Sequence record: NZ_CP106961.1
From: a plasmid
DNA length: 64,000 nt
Strand: one strand, 5' to 3'
Both the position numbers and the translations under genes were made by a program. Positions 1 through 10,424 of the stretch are shown here, piece by piece (within the stretch, counting starts at the first letter, position 1; each line of letters begins with the position of its first letter). The notes under the pieces were generated by a model that saw only the letters and a list, made by a program, of their open reading frames with translations, did not search any database and had not been told where the DNA came from.

Positions 1-117
1 ACTGTTTTCAGCCGCCCTGCCCTCATGTATACAGTGTTTCGTCTGCATCAAGGAGGAAAGGGCCGCTCGGTATACGAAAAAGATACCCTACCATTTTGAA
101 TGGTTTGCAGTTAATTG

Positions 118-290
118 TTGTCCAGTAATTTCAAACTTTCAAACTTTCAAACTTTCTTATGAGTTGAAGGATTCTGTTTAAAAAGTTATCAACTTTGCAA
201 GATTTGATGCACTTTGCATTTTTTTAGTGGGTTTGCATATTTTTGGTTGCTTTGCTTGTTTTATCAAGATTTAATATAATTATGCAAAGT
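118..290 (+). promoter_or_regulatory. sopAB promoter/operator region with short tandem repeats (4x 'caaacttt' at 118-150; several CTTTGC-type motifs 170-290)
   Basis: Repeats read directly from the sequence immediately upstream of sopA. F sopA autoregulation uses repeated CTTTGC motifs in its promoter. Confidence 0.4.
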
Positions 291-294
291 TGAT

Positions 295-1476
295 TTGAAG
301 GGGTTTCAAATGGGATTAATGGATACGCTTAACCAGTGCATTGCAGCAGGACATGAGATGACGAAAGCCATCGCAATTGCTCAATTTAATGATGATAGCC
401 CTGAAGCAAGAAAAATAACCCGTCGGTGGCGAGTTGGTGAGGCAGCTGACCTGATCGGTGTTTCATCCCAGGCTATTCGTGACGCTGAAAAAGCAGGACG
501 ATTGCCGCATCCAGATATGGAATTACGAGGACGCGTTGAACAGCGCGTTGGCTATACCATTGAGCAAATAAACCACATGCGAGATGTGTTTAGTACCCGC
601 CTCCGTCGCCCAGATGAAAGCTTACCTCCGGTAATCGGTGTTGCAGCTCATAAAGGTGGAGTTTATAAAACTTCTGTCTCCGTTCATCTTGCTCAGGATC
701 TGGCTTTAAAAGGACTTCGCGTACTGTTAGTCGAAGGCAACGATCCGCAAGGGACGGCCTCGATGTATCACGGTTGGGTTCCTGATTTACATATTCATTC
801 TGAAGATACTCTCCTCCCCTTCTATCTCGGTGAACGAGATGATGCTTCATATGCGGTAAAACCAACTTGCTGGCCTGGCCTTGATATCATCCCTTCTTGT
901 CTGGCCTTACATCGTATTGAAACTGAGTTGATGGGACGTTTCGACGAAGGAAAGCTGCCGACAGAACCTCACATGATGCTAAGGCTGGCCATTGAAACGG
1001 TAGCCCATGATTACGATGTTGTTGTTATCGATAGTGCTCCTAATCTTGGTATCGGCACAATCAACGTTGTATGTGCTGCTGACGTGTTATTAGTCCCTAC
1101 CCCCGCTGAGCTCTTTGACTATACCTCTGCATTGCAATTTTTCGATATGCTCCGGGATTTGCTGAAGAATGTAGATCTACAAGGCTTTGAACCAGATGTC
1201 AGAATCTTGCTTACTAAATATAACAATAATAATGGTTCCCAGTCGCCTTGGATGGAAGAGCAAATCAGGGATGCATGGGGAAGCATGGTTCTTAAAAACG
1301 TGGTACGCGAAACGGATGAAGTAGGTAAAGGCCAAATTCGAATGCGAACAGTATTTGAACAAGCAATTGATCAGCGTTCTTCTACTGGAGCATGGAGGAA
1401 TGCGCTCGCAATTTGGGAGCCGGTTTGTAATGAAATTTTCGACCGTCTCATTAAACCTCGTTGGGAAATCCGCTAA
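295..1476 (+). CDS. sopA: Plasmid partition ATPase SopA (ParA family, type Ia)
   Basis: The 393-aa ORF closely resembles F-plasmid SopA (ETLNQCI...[26 protein letters not shown]; Walker-type KGGVYKT). An N-terminal HTH extension typical of type Ia ParA is present. Confidence 0.9.
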   Translation: MKGFQMGLMDTLNQCIAAGHEMTKAIAIAQFNDDSPEARKITRRWRVGEAADLIGVSSQAIRDAEKAGRLPHPDMELRGRVEQRVGYTIEQINHMRDVFSTRLRRPDESLPPVIGVAAHKGGVYKTSVSVHLAQDLALKGLRVLLVEGNDPQGTASMYHGWVPDLHIHSEDTLLPFYLGERDDASYAVKPTCWPGLDIIPSCLALHRIETELMGRFDEGKLPTEPHMMLRLAIETVAHDYDVVVIDSAPNLGIGTINVVCAADVLLVPTPAELFDYTSALQFFDMLRDLLKNVDLQGFEPDVRILLTKYNNNNGSQSPWMEEQIRDAWGSMVLKNVVRETDEVGKGQIRMRTVFEQAIDQRSSTGAWRNALAIWEPVCNEIFDRLIKPRWEIR

Positions 1477-2447
1477 TGAAACGAGCACCTATCATCCCTA
1501 AATCTATTCCTTCAGTCGTTCCTGTAACTACTGTATCGGCCCCTGCAGCTCCTATGGTAGACACACTAATTGCTCGAGTAGGCGCTATGGCAAAGGGTAA
1601 TACTATTACCCTTCCCGTGTGTGGACGAGAAGTAAAATTTATTCTTGAGACCATACCCGGTGCAGATGTCGCCAGCTCAACTAAGGTCTGGGCTGGTAAT
1701 GAACGTGATCAAGCTTTTCTAATAGAAGAGGCTTTGGACGATCTCATACCATCGTTCTTGCTTACCGGCCAACAAAATCCGGCGTTTGGGCGTAAGGTCG
1801 ACGGTCATATTGAAGTTGCCGATGGTAGTCGCCGTCGCATGACTGCCATCTTTACATCAACTGAGTATCGCATACTCGTTGGTGCCCTTGATGACGAACA
1901 GATGGATGCTTTATGCAAACTTGGAAATGATTACAGACCGACAAGTGCTTATGAAAGAGGTACGCGTTATTCTCAACGTTTAGAAAAAGAATTTAACGGA
2001 AATATCTCTGCCTTGGCCGATGCTGAAAACATCTCAAGGAAAGTCATAACCAGATGTATCAATACTTCTAGGCTACCAAGAGATGTGATCGCCCTCTTCT
2101 CTCATCCAGGCGAGCTTTCCGCAAGGGCTGGCGAAAGTTTACAGAAAATCTTTTCTGAGAACGAAGCTCGTTTACTCGATGGGGCTTTTGAGCTATCAGA
2201 GAAGAGAAAAGCAGGTGTAGTACTTGAGGCTGATGAAATAATTCAATTTCTTACTGCCTTGCTTAAAGATTCCAGCAAGAAAGTAAATCAGGCCCCAGAA
2301 AAGCGTGAGTTCATTCCTGGAGCAACAGCGCGTTATAAAGGAAATAAAGTGATTATCAGCCTGGATCGTTCCAAACTTTCCGAGGAAGATATTGGGAAGT
2401 TTGAAGAAATGCTTGAGCTTTTAGCTACGAAGAAAAACAAGCATTAA
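1476..2447 (+). CDS. sopB: Plasmid partition protein SopB (ParB family)
   Basis: The ORF overlaps the sopA stop (ATGA) and begins MKRAPIIPK. It is ParB-like, sits in the sopB position, and is followed by a centromere repeat array. Confidence 0.9.
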   Translation: MKRAPIIPKSIPSVVPVTTVSAPAAPMVDTLIARVGAMAKGNTITLPVCGREVKFILETIPGADVASSTKVWAGNERDQAFLIEEALDDLIPSFLLTGQQNPAFGRKVDGHIEVADGSRRRMTAIFTSTEYRILVGALDDEQMDALCKLGNDYRPTSAYERGTRYSQRLEKEFNGNISALADAENISRKVITRCINTSRLPRDVIALFSHPGELSARAGESLQKIFSENEARLLDGAFELSEKRKAGVVLEADEIIQFLTALLKDSSKKVNQAPEKREFIPGATARYKGNKVIISLDRSKLSEEDIGKFEEMLELLATKKNKH

Positions 2448-2499
2448 TTCGGTAGTTATCTTCCTGCTTTACCTTCTTCAAGACCATGGTTCAAATTCC

Positions 2500-2925
2500 T
2501 AATATGGGACCGTGGTCCCAACCCCTTAACTGGGACCGTGGTCCCAACCCCTTAACTGGGACCGTGGTCCCAACCCCTTAACTGGGACCGTGGTCCCAAC
2601 CCCTTAACTGGGACCGTGGTCCCAACCCCTTAACTGAGACCGTGGTCCCAACCCCTTAACTGGGACCGTGGTCCCAACCCCTTAACTGGGACCGTGGTCC
2701 CGACCCCTTAACTGGGACCGTGGTCCCAACCCCTTAACTGGGACCGTGGTCCCGACCCCATAACTGGGACCGTGGTCCCGACCCCTTAACTGGGACCGTG
2801 GTCCCGACCCCTTAACTGGGATCGTGGTCCCAACCCCTTAACTGGGACCGTGGTCCCGACCCCATAACTGGGACCGTGGTCCCGACCCCATAACTGGGAC
2901 CGTGGTCCAATCTAGTCAGCTCGCA
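2500..2925. repeat. sopC-like centromere: about 16 tandem 26-bp repeats (GGGACCGTGGTCCCAACCCCTTAACT), each containing the inverted repeat GGGACC..GGTCCC
   Basis: The period was counted as 26 bp from the sequence. Units show minor variants (AACCCC/GACCCC, TTAACT/ATAACT). The array lies immediately downstream of sopB, as sopC does in F. Confidence 0.75.
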
Positions 2926-3039
2926 TCAGATTATGAATTTTTAAACTTTACCTTAAAAGTTATCCACTGAATCGGTGGGTAAGCCTGTGCACAATGTGTC
3001 AGGAAAAGGAGTATTAACTGAGCTCTCAGTGCTTGAAAA

Positions 3040-3390
3040 AAGGATGTCATGTAGTCCGGCTTACCGCGGGACCTACACGGTGTTATGGCCACGCATCGAG
3101 TGACATTCGTGCAGACTGCGGCAAACGCCGTGCCTCTAATCTAGCCCGACCGCTGCGGCTGCAAGGGTGCGCTTGTCCGTCATCCTCGCCCATCGCAGTT
3201 ATTATCTAATGTCTGCAGCCGGTCTTCCCGTCGTTCTCTCGCTCACTATCCGCTCGATAACCGTACAAGCTGCCTAGGATATTTTCTGCGCCACGGCCTC
3301 CTGTAACGCCCATTGCATTCTCCACTATTCGTCGGGCTTCGTTTCGGCACGGCGTAAGCCGGAACTCAGACGACATATACCACGGAGGAA
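3040..3390 (+). promoter_or_regulatory. GC-rich imperfect long-range inverted-repeat region upstream of the ardA remnant; possible ssDNA (Frpo/ssi-like) promoter of a plasmid leading region
   Basis: ccggcttaccgc at about 3056 pairs with gcgtaagccgg at about 3355, and there are other partial complementarities. Leading regions upstream of ardA/psiB/ssb are known to carry such elements. Confidence 0.25.
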
Positions 3391-3395
3391 TTTTC

Positions 3396-3720
3396 ATGAG
3401 CACAACAACACCGGCTGTATACGTTGGCACTTGGCACAAATACAACTGCGGCAGCATTTTCGAAAAGTGGTTCGACTTGACCGATTTGACGGAAAAGAGG
3501 ATTTTCTCGAATCCTGATATGCCCTGCATTCAAACGAGCACGATCCGCAACTCATGTTCCAAGACTGGGAAGGTATTCCGGCCTGTTGAACGAGATTCCA
3601 TAGTTGCTTCGTAGTTACTTTGATTTTGAAGCCTACGCGCGTGACTTGTTCAGCGGCGGTCTGGTGTTTGTCGACGGTAATGTGTTCAACAACTGATTAG
3701 GACGGGCAGGGGGATCCCCT
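3396..3720 (+). pseudogene. ardA: ardA antirestriction gene remnant disrupted by frameshifts
   Basis: The ORF starts MSTTTPAVYVGTWHKYNCGSIFEKWFDL with a strong GGAGG RBS and matches the ArdA N-terminus. An ArdA-like YALHSNEHDPQLMFQDWEGIPAC stretch continues in a different frame at about 3500-3575. A further fragment lies in a third frame. Confidence 0.55.
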
Positions 3721-5264
3721 GCCGCTAAGGAGAGCATCATGAAACTCGATCCACAGACCCTTGGCATATTGCGTCAGTTCAAAACATGATTAATACCAGC
3801 CGTCGTGATTCAGGTCAGGGGAAACTGACGACCGCGTAGGTAGTCGATAAAATTTGCTACTTCATGACCTGTCATTGTTGAGTGTATATGGGCGGACACT
3901 TCATTTTGAAGGTTGGGAAGGGGTAGGGCTACGGCAGGTGGTTAAGCCGCTATAAACCTGGCAGGCAATCTGCCCACCTGTGCTGTCTGTAGCCCGTATG
4001 TGCGGATGAGATTAAGCTTGATGACGGGATATTACAGGGTCGGAGGCGCGTATAAGTGATGCAAATAATGCGAAGTTTTGAAAAGAAGACCAAGACAAGG
4101 TTGCTGTAGACCTTGTCACATCCGCTGTTGCATACAAGAATGTATGAATATGCCGGTTATACCTGAAGCGGTGGCCAGAGAATAACCGTAACATCTCAAA
4201 GAATATTTTAACGAGCGGGTGCGTCTCTATCGCATCAGTACGTTGCTGCCGACCGCAAATAATCTGCGATATATCGAAATGGCTGAAGCCCATAAAAAGT
4301 AGAAAGATCTTTTCAGGAGGCGATGTCGAGAACTCCCTTCACCGGGACTTTTGCCTGAGATTCTAACCATCCTTAAGTCAGGTCTTTACGCAAAAGGCGC
4401 TGGTAAGGGTCTGAACCTTAGGTGGAAAGGAATTACTGGTTAGCAACATCACATCTTAATGACATCGCAAGTTAGCAATATAACAAATTCATAAGGTAAT
4501 AATATTATAAAACAACAACTTGATAATTTTTTTAATTCTTGAGGTTACAATTGACGTCCGGTCGGGCTGTCATGCTTCATACAGAGCCAACGATGCTGTC
4601 TCTGCCAAGCTCCTCTGGGGCAGCGGGTGTCCATCCCATGACGCAACATCCATGCTCGCAGGAGCCGGAATGGCTGCGCCGCTCAGTCGCGCCGCTTCCT
4701 GCGCTTCAGGCATGGCATCAATGCCGTTGGTGTTATCGATGCCATGCAGAGGGCAATGCGCGCGGCTTACGTCATTACGGCGTGTCCCTGCCCATCTCTC
4801 ACCGTATGCCTTTTCTCCGTTTATGGCTCTCCTGCCGGGTGCTGATAGCACCACAGTCTTCTTGGTTGACAAACCCTTTCGCAATATATTTCCCCCGGCC
4901 ATTCCGGTTCGCTTCATTAGACCGGAATAAATTTCCCGCTTGCCCCATACAGCTGCGTCTGCCAATGATGTTTACGCCCCTGCGGCGAAGGGTCTCAAAC
5001 GGATGAAGTGCATTTATCCGTGGAAAAAAAACAGTGGTTTACCATAAAGCGTTAAAGCCGCGGCTCCGGAAACTCAACGGATAATGTGGTTTTTGAAGGC
5101 CAGACCCTGTTCAGAAGGAGGTGTGTAGTGAGCAAAACCCTGAAGGAATTTCATAGCCAGCCGGAGGTGCAGTATGTGCCCACGCCTGGAGATGTGGAAT
5201 TGATGTAGCCCCCTGAAACACCAGACAGTAGCTGTATCTCCAGATAAGAGATAGGCTTGAATAT

Positions 5265-5660
5265 ATGTCTAACACTAACGCCAATTTTGAGATGACCGGG
5301 ATCCTGTTAGGGCAAGAAGTCCGTAAACGTAAAACTCCTCAGGAGAAGATCGCCATTATCCAGCAGACGATGGAGCCGGGCATGAATGTCTCCCATGTCG
5401 CCCGCCTGCATGGCATCCAGCCCAGCCTGCTGTTTAAGTGGAAGAAGCAATATCAGGAAGGCAGCCTCACCGCCGTTGCGGCCGGAGAAGAAGTTGTTCC
5501 AGCTTCTGAGCTTACTGCTGCTCTGAAGCAGGTCCGGGAGCTTCAGCGCCTGCTGGGCAAGAAGACGATGGAAGTTGAGATCCTGAAAGAAGCCGTGGAG
5601 TACGCTCAGTCGCGAAAATGGATAGCGTACGCGCCCTTGTTGCCAAAGGACGGGGAATAG
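5265..5660 (+). CDS. IS2-like transposase OrfA (HTH)
   Basis: 131-aa ORF similar to IS2 OrfA. Confidence 0.85.
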   Translation: MSNTNANFEMTGILLGQEVRKRKTPQEKIAIIQQTMEPGMNVSHVARLHGIQPSLLFKWKKQYQEGSLTAVAAGEEVVPASELTAALKQVRELQRLLGKKTMEVEILKEAVEYAQSRKWIAYAPLLPKDGE

Positions 5661-6499
5661 CGCTGGTCAGCCGCACCATGGGCGTGTCGCGTGCGCAGCT
5701 GTCACTGCGAATTAACCGTTCTGCCGACTGGCAGGACAGGCGCTGTAACCGGCGTGATGACGAAGCAGACGCTGAAATACTGTCAGAGATCCTCGATATC
5801 ATCAGCGATATGCCCAGTTACGGCTATCGCCGTGTGTGGGGCATCCTGCGTACGCAACGTCGTACAGAGGGACTGCCCCCCGTGAACGCCAAACGGCTTT
5901 ACCGGCTTATGAGCGAGCATAATCTGCTGTTACTGCATGACAAACCAGAGCGGTCGAAGCGTGAACATAAGGGCAAAATCGCGGTGGCAGAAAGCGATAT
6001 GCGCTGGTGTTCAGATGGCTTCGAGTTCGGCTGCGACAACGGTGAGAAGCTGCGGGTCACGTTCGCGCTGGACTGCTGCGACAGAGAAGCCATAGACTGG
6101 GCAGCGAGCACAGGAGGCTACGACAGTTCGACGGTGCAGGATGTGATGCTGAGGTCGGTGGAAAAGCGCTTCGGCGACGGGCTGCCGACCACACCGGTTC
6201 AATGGCTGACGGATAACGGTTCAGCATATACCGCGCATGAAACGCGGAGGTTCGCCAGAGAGCTGAATCTGGAGCCGTGTACAACAGCGGTGAGCAGCCC
6301 GCAGAGCAATGGCATGGCCGAACGGTTCGTGAAGACGATGAAGGAAGACTATATCGCGTTCATGGCAAAACCAGATGTGAGAACAGCCCTGCGAAACCTT
6401 GCAGCAGCGTTCACACATTACAATGAAAACCACCCGCACAGCGCGCTGGGCTATCACTCCCCGAGGGAATATCGGCGGCAGCGGACATCGTTAACTTAA
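5618..6499 (+). CDS. IS2-like transposase OrfB (DDE integrase core), overlapping orfA in the -1 frame
   Basis: 293-aa ORF with an rve-type DDE domain. Confidence 0.85.
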   Translation: MDSVRALVAKGRGIALVSRTMGVSRAQLSLRINRSADWQDRRCNRRDDEADAEILSEILDIISDMPSYGYRRVWGILRTQRRTEGLPPVNAKRLYRLMSEHNLLLLHDKPERSKREHKGKIAVAESDMRWCSDGFEFGCDNGEKLRVTFALDCCDREAIDWAASTGGYDSSTVQDVMLRSVEKRFGDGLPTTPVQWLTDNGSAYTAHETRRFARELNLEPCTTAVSSPQSNGMAERFVKTMKEDYIAFMAKPDVRTALRNLAAAFTHYNENHPHSALGYHSPREYRRQRTSLT

Positions 6500-6559
6500 G
6501 ATACAAAAGCTGTCCGGAGATGGCGGGTCAAGATCACCTGGAGATGTGGAATTGGCGGC

Positions 6560-7260
6560 CGTCCTGAATGCCGGGCTGAAAAAACGGCTCTGATGCTGCC
6601 GGAAGGGGCATTAACCCGGGAAGAGGCAGTGGCGGCGCAGTATACCAATGTGATGATTGAAGACGATCAGGAGGCACATTTCCGTCTGACCATTCGTTAC
6701 TACAACGGACGACTGATGGCGCGGGTGTGAAATTTCGAACCCGATGCGGGGAACCACCTTAACCGCTACATCAGACACGCGGCGACCTCACCAGAGCAGG
6801 TTCAGTAAGAAAATACCCTGTCGGAGCGCCAACTCCGCAGGACCGACAATCGTGAATATCGGAGTGGTACTAACTATGTCAGTAACAGATGTTAAAGCAA
6901 GAACCGTAAAAAAGGCCAGCGTAAAGAAACCAAACAAAGCCTAACTGGCTGCACTTCAGGCGGCGATCGATGCTGCGCAGACCGAGACTGTTCCGCTGTC
7001 TGATCTCGTTAAATCCTCCTTCACCGTCCGAACCATCCTGTGTTCCTTAGACAGCGTATGCAGCCTGGCTGAAACCATCGCCTCCGTCGGGCTGCTGCAG
7101 AACCTGATTGTCCATGACATGGATGACGGTAAGTCTGGCGTGACAACAGGTGGCCCGCCGTGTGAGCGCGATGCATTGGCTTGCGGAAGAAAACTGACTC
7201 GGCGCCGTTCAACCTGTCACGGTGAAGCGCGTGTCTGTCTGATCGACTGGCTTTTAAGCT
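6560..7260 (+). pseudogene. Leading-region remnants: a 3' fragment of an unknown gene (…[15 protein letters not shown]) and a 5' ParB-like nuclease gene broken by frameshifts
   Basis: MSVTDVKARTVKKASVKKPNKA is followed by a stop. The sequence then continues in another frame with the ParB/Srx N-terminal motif (VPLSDLV...LAETIASVGLLQNLIVH..DG) and shifts frame again. Confidence 0.5.
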
Positions 7261-7671
7261 TATGCTAAGCAGGTGTAGATATTTGGCATATGTATAGATT
7301 TGACTTCTTCGAAGTGATAAAAGTGCGCATGCGATAGATGTAAAAATGCTCTATATAACTCAATTAATCTTTACTTCAACAAGCATCGGACCTTACTCAA
7401 TTAACTGGTGTAGACTTAAAAGCTAAATCTACACTAGAAAAGCTTGAATACAGGTTGTTGTAGAAACAGAGAAGAGCATGGAGAAAGCAGAAAAATGGAT
7501 ATTTGGCAGTGGAATAGTTAATTTAGCTTTTTAAGGAAAAAAAGCCCATGTATTCCATGGACTCTTTCTTAGATGCTTCGTTTATTCTGTCCAACTTTTG
7601 GGTGTCAGTACAAAACGAGGCCATTTGTTTGACTCGACACAAACAGAATAGCCTTTTAACTGCCGCAAGGC

Positions 7672-9230
7672 AAGGGAGGTAAGGCCATTTGTTAACACCA
7701 AGCTGTAATGTCCCCTTTGAACCATTCTAAAATGTCCCCAGACAATTCTCTGGGGGATTTTTCATGATCAAAGAGACTGTTACGATGAGTCATAAGGAAC
7801 TCGACCGACTTCACATTATTCAGGAGTCACTTAATCGCCATATTACTCAGGAACAAGCTGCGGCACGCATTGGCATTTCTATTCGGCAGGTTAAACGTCT
7901 GGTGCAACGGTATAGAAATGAAGGGCCTTCTGGTCTAGTTTCCCGCCGACGTGGAAAGCGTCCCAATAATTCCTTTTCTACCGAATTCAGAGCAACAGTA
8001 ATTTCACTCCTCAAAGGCCGCTACGCTGATTTTGGACCTACGCTTGCGTGCGAAAAATTGCGCGAGATACACGGCTTGTGTTTATCCATTGAAACTCTCA
8101 GGAAGTGGATGGTAGAGGAGGGCATATGGCGCGAACGTCGTCGTAAGTTTGCCCGAATTTATCAGCGCCGGATGCGGCGCCCATCCTACGGTGAACTCAT
8201 CCAGATTGATGGCTCGCCTCATGACTGGTTTGAAGGTCGGGGCCCCAAATGCACACTGATAGTCTTTATCGATGATGCTACCAGCGCTCTGATGGCGCTA
8301 CGATTCGCTCCTGCAGAAACAACCCGGGCTTACATGGAAACCCTCCGGGGTTACCTTAATGATCATGGCGTACCACTGGCTCTCTATTCTGACAGACACA
8401 GTATATTCAGAGTAAATAACCCGGAGCGGGAAGGAGAGTTGACTCAGTTCACACGTGCGATAAAGACACTGGGCATCGAGCCAATCCATGCCAACAGCCC
8501 GCAGGCAAAAGGGCGGGTAGAGCGTGCCAATCAGACACTGCAGGACAGGCTGGTCAAAGAAATGCGGCTTCAGGGTATCAGTGATATTGAAACAGCAAAC
8601 GCATGGTTGCCGACCTTTATTGAAGCCTATAACAACCGGTTTGCTACGCCGCCTCGTATTGCTGATAACGCCCATCTTGATGTACACCATTCTGAAGAGG
8701 AACTGGGTTATATCTTCAGCCTCCAGGCGAAGCGCGTTCTCTCCAAAAATCTCACTTTCCAGTACAAAAGCAGTGCGTTTCAGATTCGCAGTGAAGGCCG
8801 GGGATATCGACTTCGGCATTCGGTTGTCACGGTATGCGAAAGCTTTAACGGTGAAATTAAGGTTCTGTATGATGGGAAAGCGTTGGGATGGGAAAAATAT
8901 GTTGATGGCCCGGAGCCTATACCACTGGATGATGAAAAAAGTGTCCATGAACGTGTGGATAATGCCCGTTTTGATTTACGCTCAAAATTCTACGTAAAAC
9001 CTAAAGCTGACCATCCTTGGCTCACGCGCCGCACGCAAAGTAATCAGCAAGTGAAGCCCCCTAAATTACCCAGAAAGAAGACTGATCCCGATAAAATGGA
9101 CTGAAACCAGGCGTTATTCAGTTGAGTGCATATCCAGTCATAGGATAGATTCTTACGTAGCGTTTCTGGCGTGCATTTTCGGGTGGTTTGTTACTGTTTT
9201 TAACGGGGACACGTCAGAAACGCGCTCAGG
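7672..9230 (+). mobile_element. IS481-family insertion sequence (boundaries approximate)
   Basis: A 446-aa transposase with an N-terminal HTH and a DDE (rve) core (IQIDGSPHDW...ANSPQAKGRVERANQTL). The left end (GGGAGGTAAGGCCATT...TGTAATGTCCCC) is duplicated at 22210, which defines the terminus. Confidence 0.7.
7764..9104 (+). CDS. IS481-family transposase
   Basis: 446-aa ORF with a DDE integrase core. Confidence 0.8.
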   Translation: MIKETVTMSHKELDRLHIIQESLNRHITQEQAAARIGISIRQVKRLVQRYRNEGPSGLVSRRRGKRPNNSFSTEFRATVISLLKGRYADFGPTLACEKLREIHGLCLSIETLRKWMVEEGIWRERRRKFARIYQRRMRRPSYGELIQIDGSPHDWFEGRGPKCTLIVFIDDATSALMALRFAPAETTRAYMETLRGYLNDHGVPLALYSDRHSIFRVNNPEREGELTQFTRAIKTLGIEPIHANSPQAKGRVERANQTLQDRLVKEMRLQGISDIETANAWLPTFIEAYNNRFATPPRIADNAHLDVHHSEEELGYIFSLQAKRVLSKNLTFQYKSSAFQIRSEGRGYRLRHSVVTVCESFNGEIKVLYDGKALGWEKYVDGPEPIPLDDEKSVHERVDNARFDLRSKFYVKPKADHPWLTRRTQSNQQVKPPKLPRKKTDPDKMD

Positions 9231-9323
9231 CCGTCTGAGCGGTACGCGTAAATGAGACGTTATGGTAAATAGTCATCTTGTCAGTGCTATGCTTGGCATA
9301 AACACAATTCTGGATGGTGAAGC

Positions 9324-9500
9324 ATGATTAGTTTTGATCTTGGAAGCGATGGATTCAAAGCGGAGTGTAGTGATAACGATACGGCAGAAATAATTGTCGC
9401 TAGCGCTGTTGGTGTTGCCGTAGTCGCCCTAGCCTCTGCGGGCGCTTATGCCATTGTGAACAAAGTGTCTGAGTCGGTAATTCAGTTGATTGAAGAGTGA
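9324..9500 (+). CDS. Small (58 aa) predicted single-pass membrane peptide (MISFDLGSDGFKAECSDNDTAEIIVASAVGVAVVALASAGAYAIVNKVSESVIQLIEE)
   Basis: Translated by hand; it falls below the cutoff of the supplied ORF track. There is a weak SD (GGTGA) upstream and a rho-independent terminator (agctcgccatgcgagcttttt) at 9536-9562 downstream. Confidence 0.3.
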   Translation: MISFDLGSDGFKAECSDNDTAEIIVASAVGVAVVALASAGAYAIVNKVSESVIQLIEE

Positions 9501-9770
9501 TTATTTAGTTCGATATCTTTACAAGCTTAAGCCAAAAGCTCGCCATGCGAGCTTTTTCATGCTCTTCGTATTATGCGACGTTATGGTAAATAGTCTGAAC
9601 TAATGTCAGCGAAGAGCGGACGTTGGTAGATTACAATTAACAGCTGTCGGGTCACGAGATGTTTTTTTTGATTGTTACTCAAATACAATTCTCTCCGAAG
9701 ACTGAGGATACATCGACCATTTATCATAATTGCTGTGGCAGAAAGGAATGTTTTTCTGCCACATACGGGG

Positions 9771-10307
9771 TCAGTTTACTTTTGGAAAGTCCACCACGGT
9801 GTCATTCACACGGTTGACCATATTCGTAAACAGAATCGCACTGACTGCACTGATGACTTCTACTACCTGTCGATCGCTAAAGCCTGCTGCCAGAAAACGA
9901 CTGACGGTTTCTTCTGGTAAGGTGTTGCGGGTCGTCACCAGAGTTTTTACAAATTTGACCAATGCATCAATATGCGGATCTTCCGGGAACTCTCCCCGGC
10001 GTAATGCCTTAATTTGCTCAACGCTGTAACCTGCCATTTTCCCGGTTAACGTATGCGCCGCCAGACAGTAATCACATCCTGACACTTCACTGACCACAAG
10101 GTTAACGGCTTCAATTTCCTGTTTATTCAGCTGGCTTTTCGCCAGCGTGGCGTTGTGTGACAATGCCTGACCCAGAATGTCGGGGGCGATCCCGATGGTC
10201 TGGTAGGCATTCGGGACTTTACCCATCGCTCGTTTAATGGCGCTGAAGAGATCTGCAGTCTTGCCAGTAGCATTTTCAGGTTGTACGGAAGTTAAACGGC
10301 TCATCAT
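9771..10307 (-). CDS. Carboxymuconolactone decarboxylase/AhpD-family protein
   Basis: 178-aa ORF carrying the CxxxH (CDYCLAAH) motif of the CMD/AhpD family. Confidence 0.75.
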   Translation of the reverse strand: MMSRLTSVQPENATGKTADLFSAIKRAMGKVPNAYQTIGIAPDILGQALSHNATLAKSQLNKQEIEAVNLVVSEVSGCDYCLAAHTLTGKMAGYSVEQIKALRRGEFPEDPHIDALVKFVKTLVTTRNTLPEETVSRFLAAGFSDRQVVEVISAVSAILFTNMVNRVNDTVVDFPKVN

Positions 10308-10424
10308 TTTTTCCTTTCAGTTTAGGGTTTCGCCGTATCGGCCATGAGCACATAATAGGGCTTACCAGGCAGGCAGGTAGGCCGTATCGTCTCGATTATT
10401 TGTCTTATCGTCTCAGGAGCCAGA

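Larger units (their letters stand above)
5203..6534 (+). mobile_element. IS2-like insertion sequence (IS3 family, IS2 group), about 1.33 kb
   Basis: OrfA (5265-5660) and OrfB (5618-6499, -1 frame) resemble IS2 InsC/InsD (KIAIIQQ...[18 protein letters not shown]; DDE35E core with [17 protein letters not shown]). The left terminus tagccccctgaaacaccagaca resembles the IS2 IR. Confidence 0.8.

Noticed and set aside
2500-2925. Regular short repeats that might be taken for a CRISPR array
   Set aside because: The units are contiguous with no unique spacers. The 26-bp period and the position downstream of sopB identify the array as a partition centromere.
3700-3790. 16-codon ORF (MKLDPQTLGILRQFKT) with a strong AAGGAGAG RBS after a GC hairpin
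   Set aside because: It is likely the orphaned start of a leading-region gene that is otherwise deleted. It is too short to call.
4520-5006. Three mutually overlapping 130-155-aa ORFs on both strands
   Set aside because: None has a plausible RBS or recognisable protein features. Mutual overlap in a GC-rich patch indicates non-coding or decayed sequence next to the IS2-like element.
8298-8997. 216-aa and 157-aa ORFs inside and antisense to the IS481-family transposase gene
   Set aside because: They are fully contained in a well-supported tnp gene, and there is no independent evidence for them.
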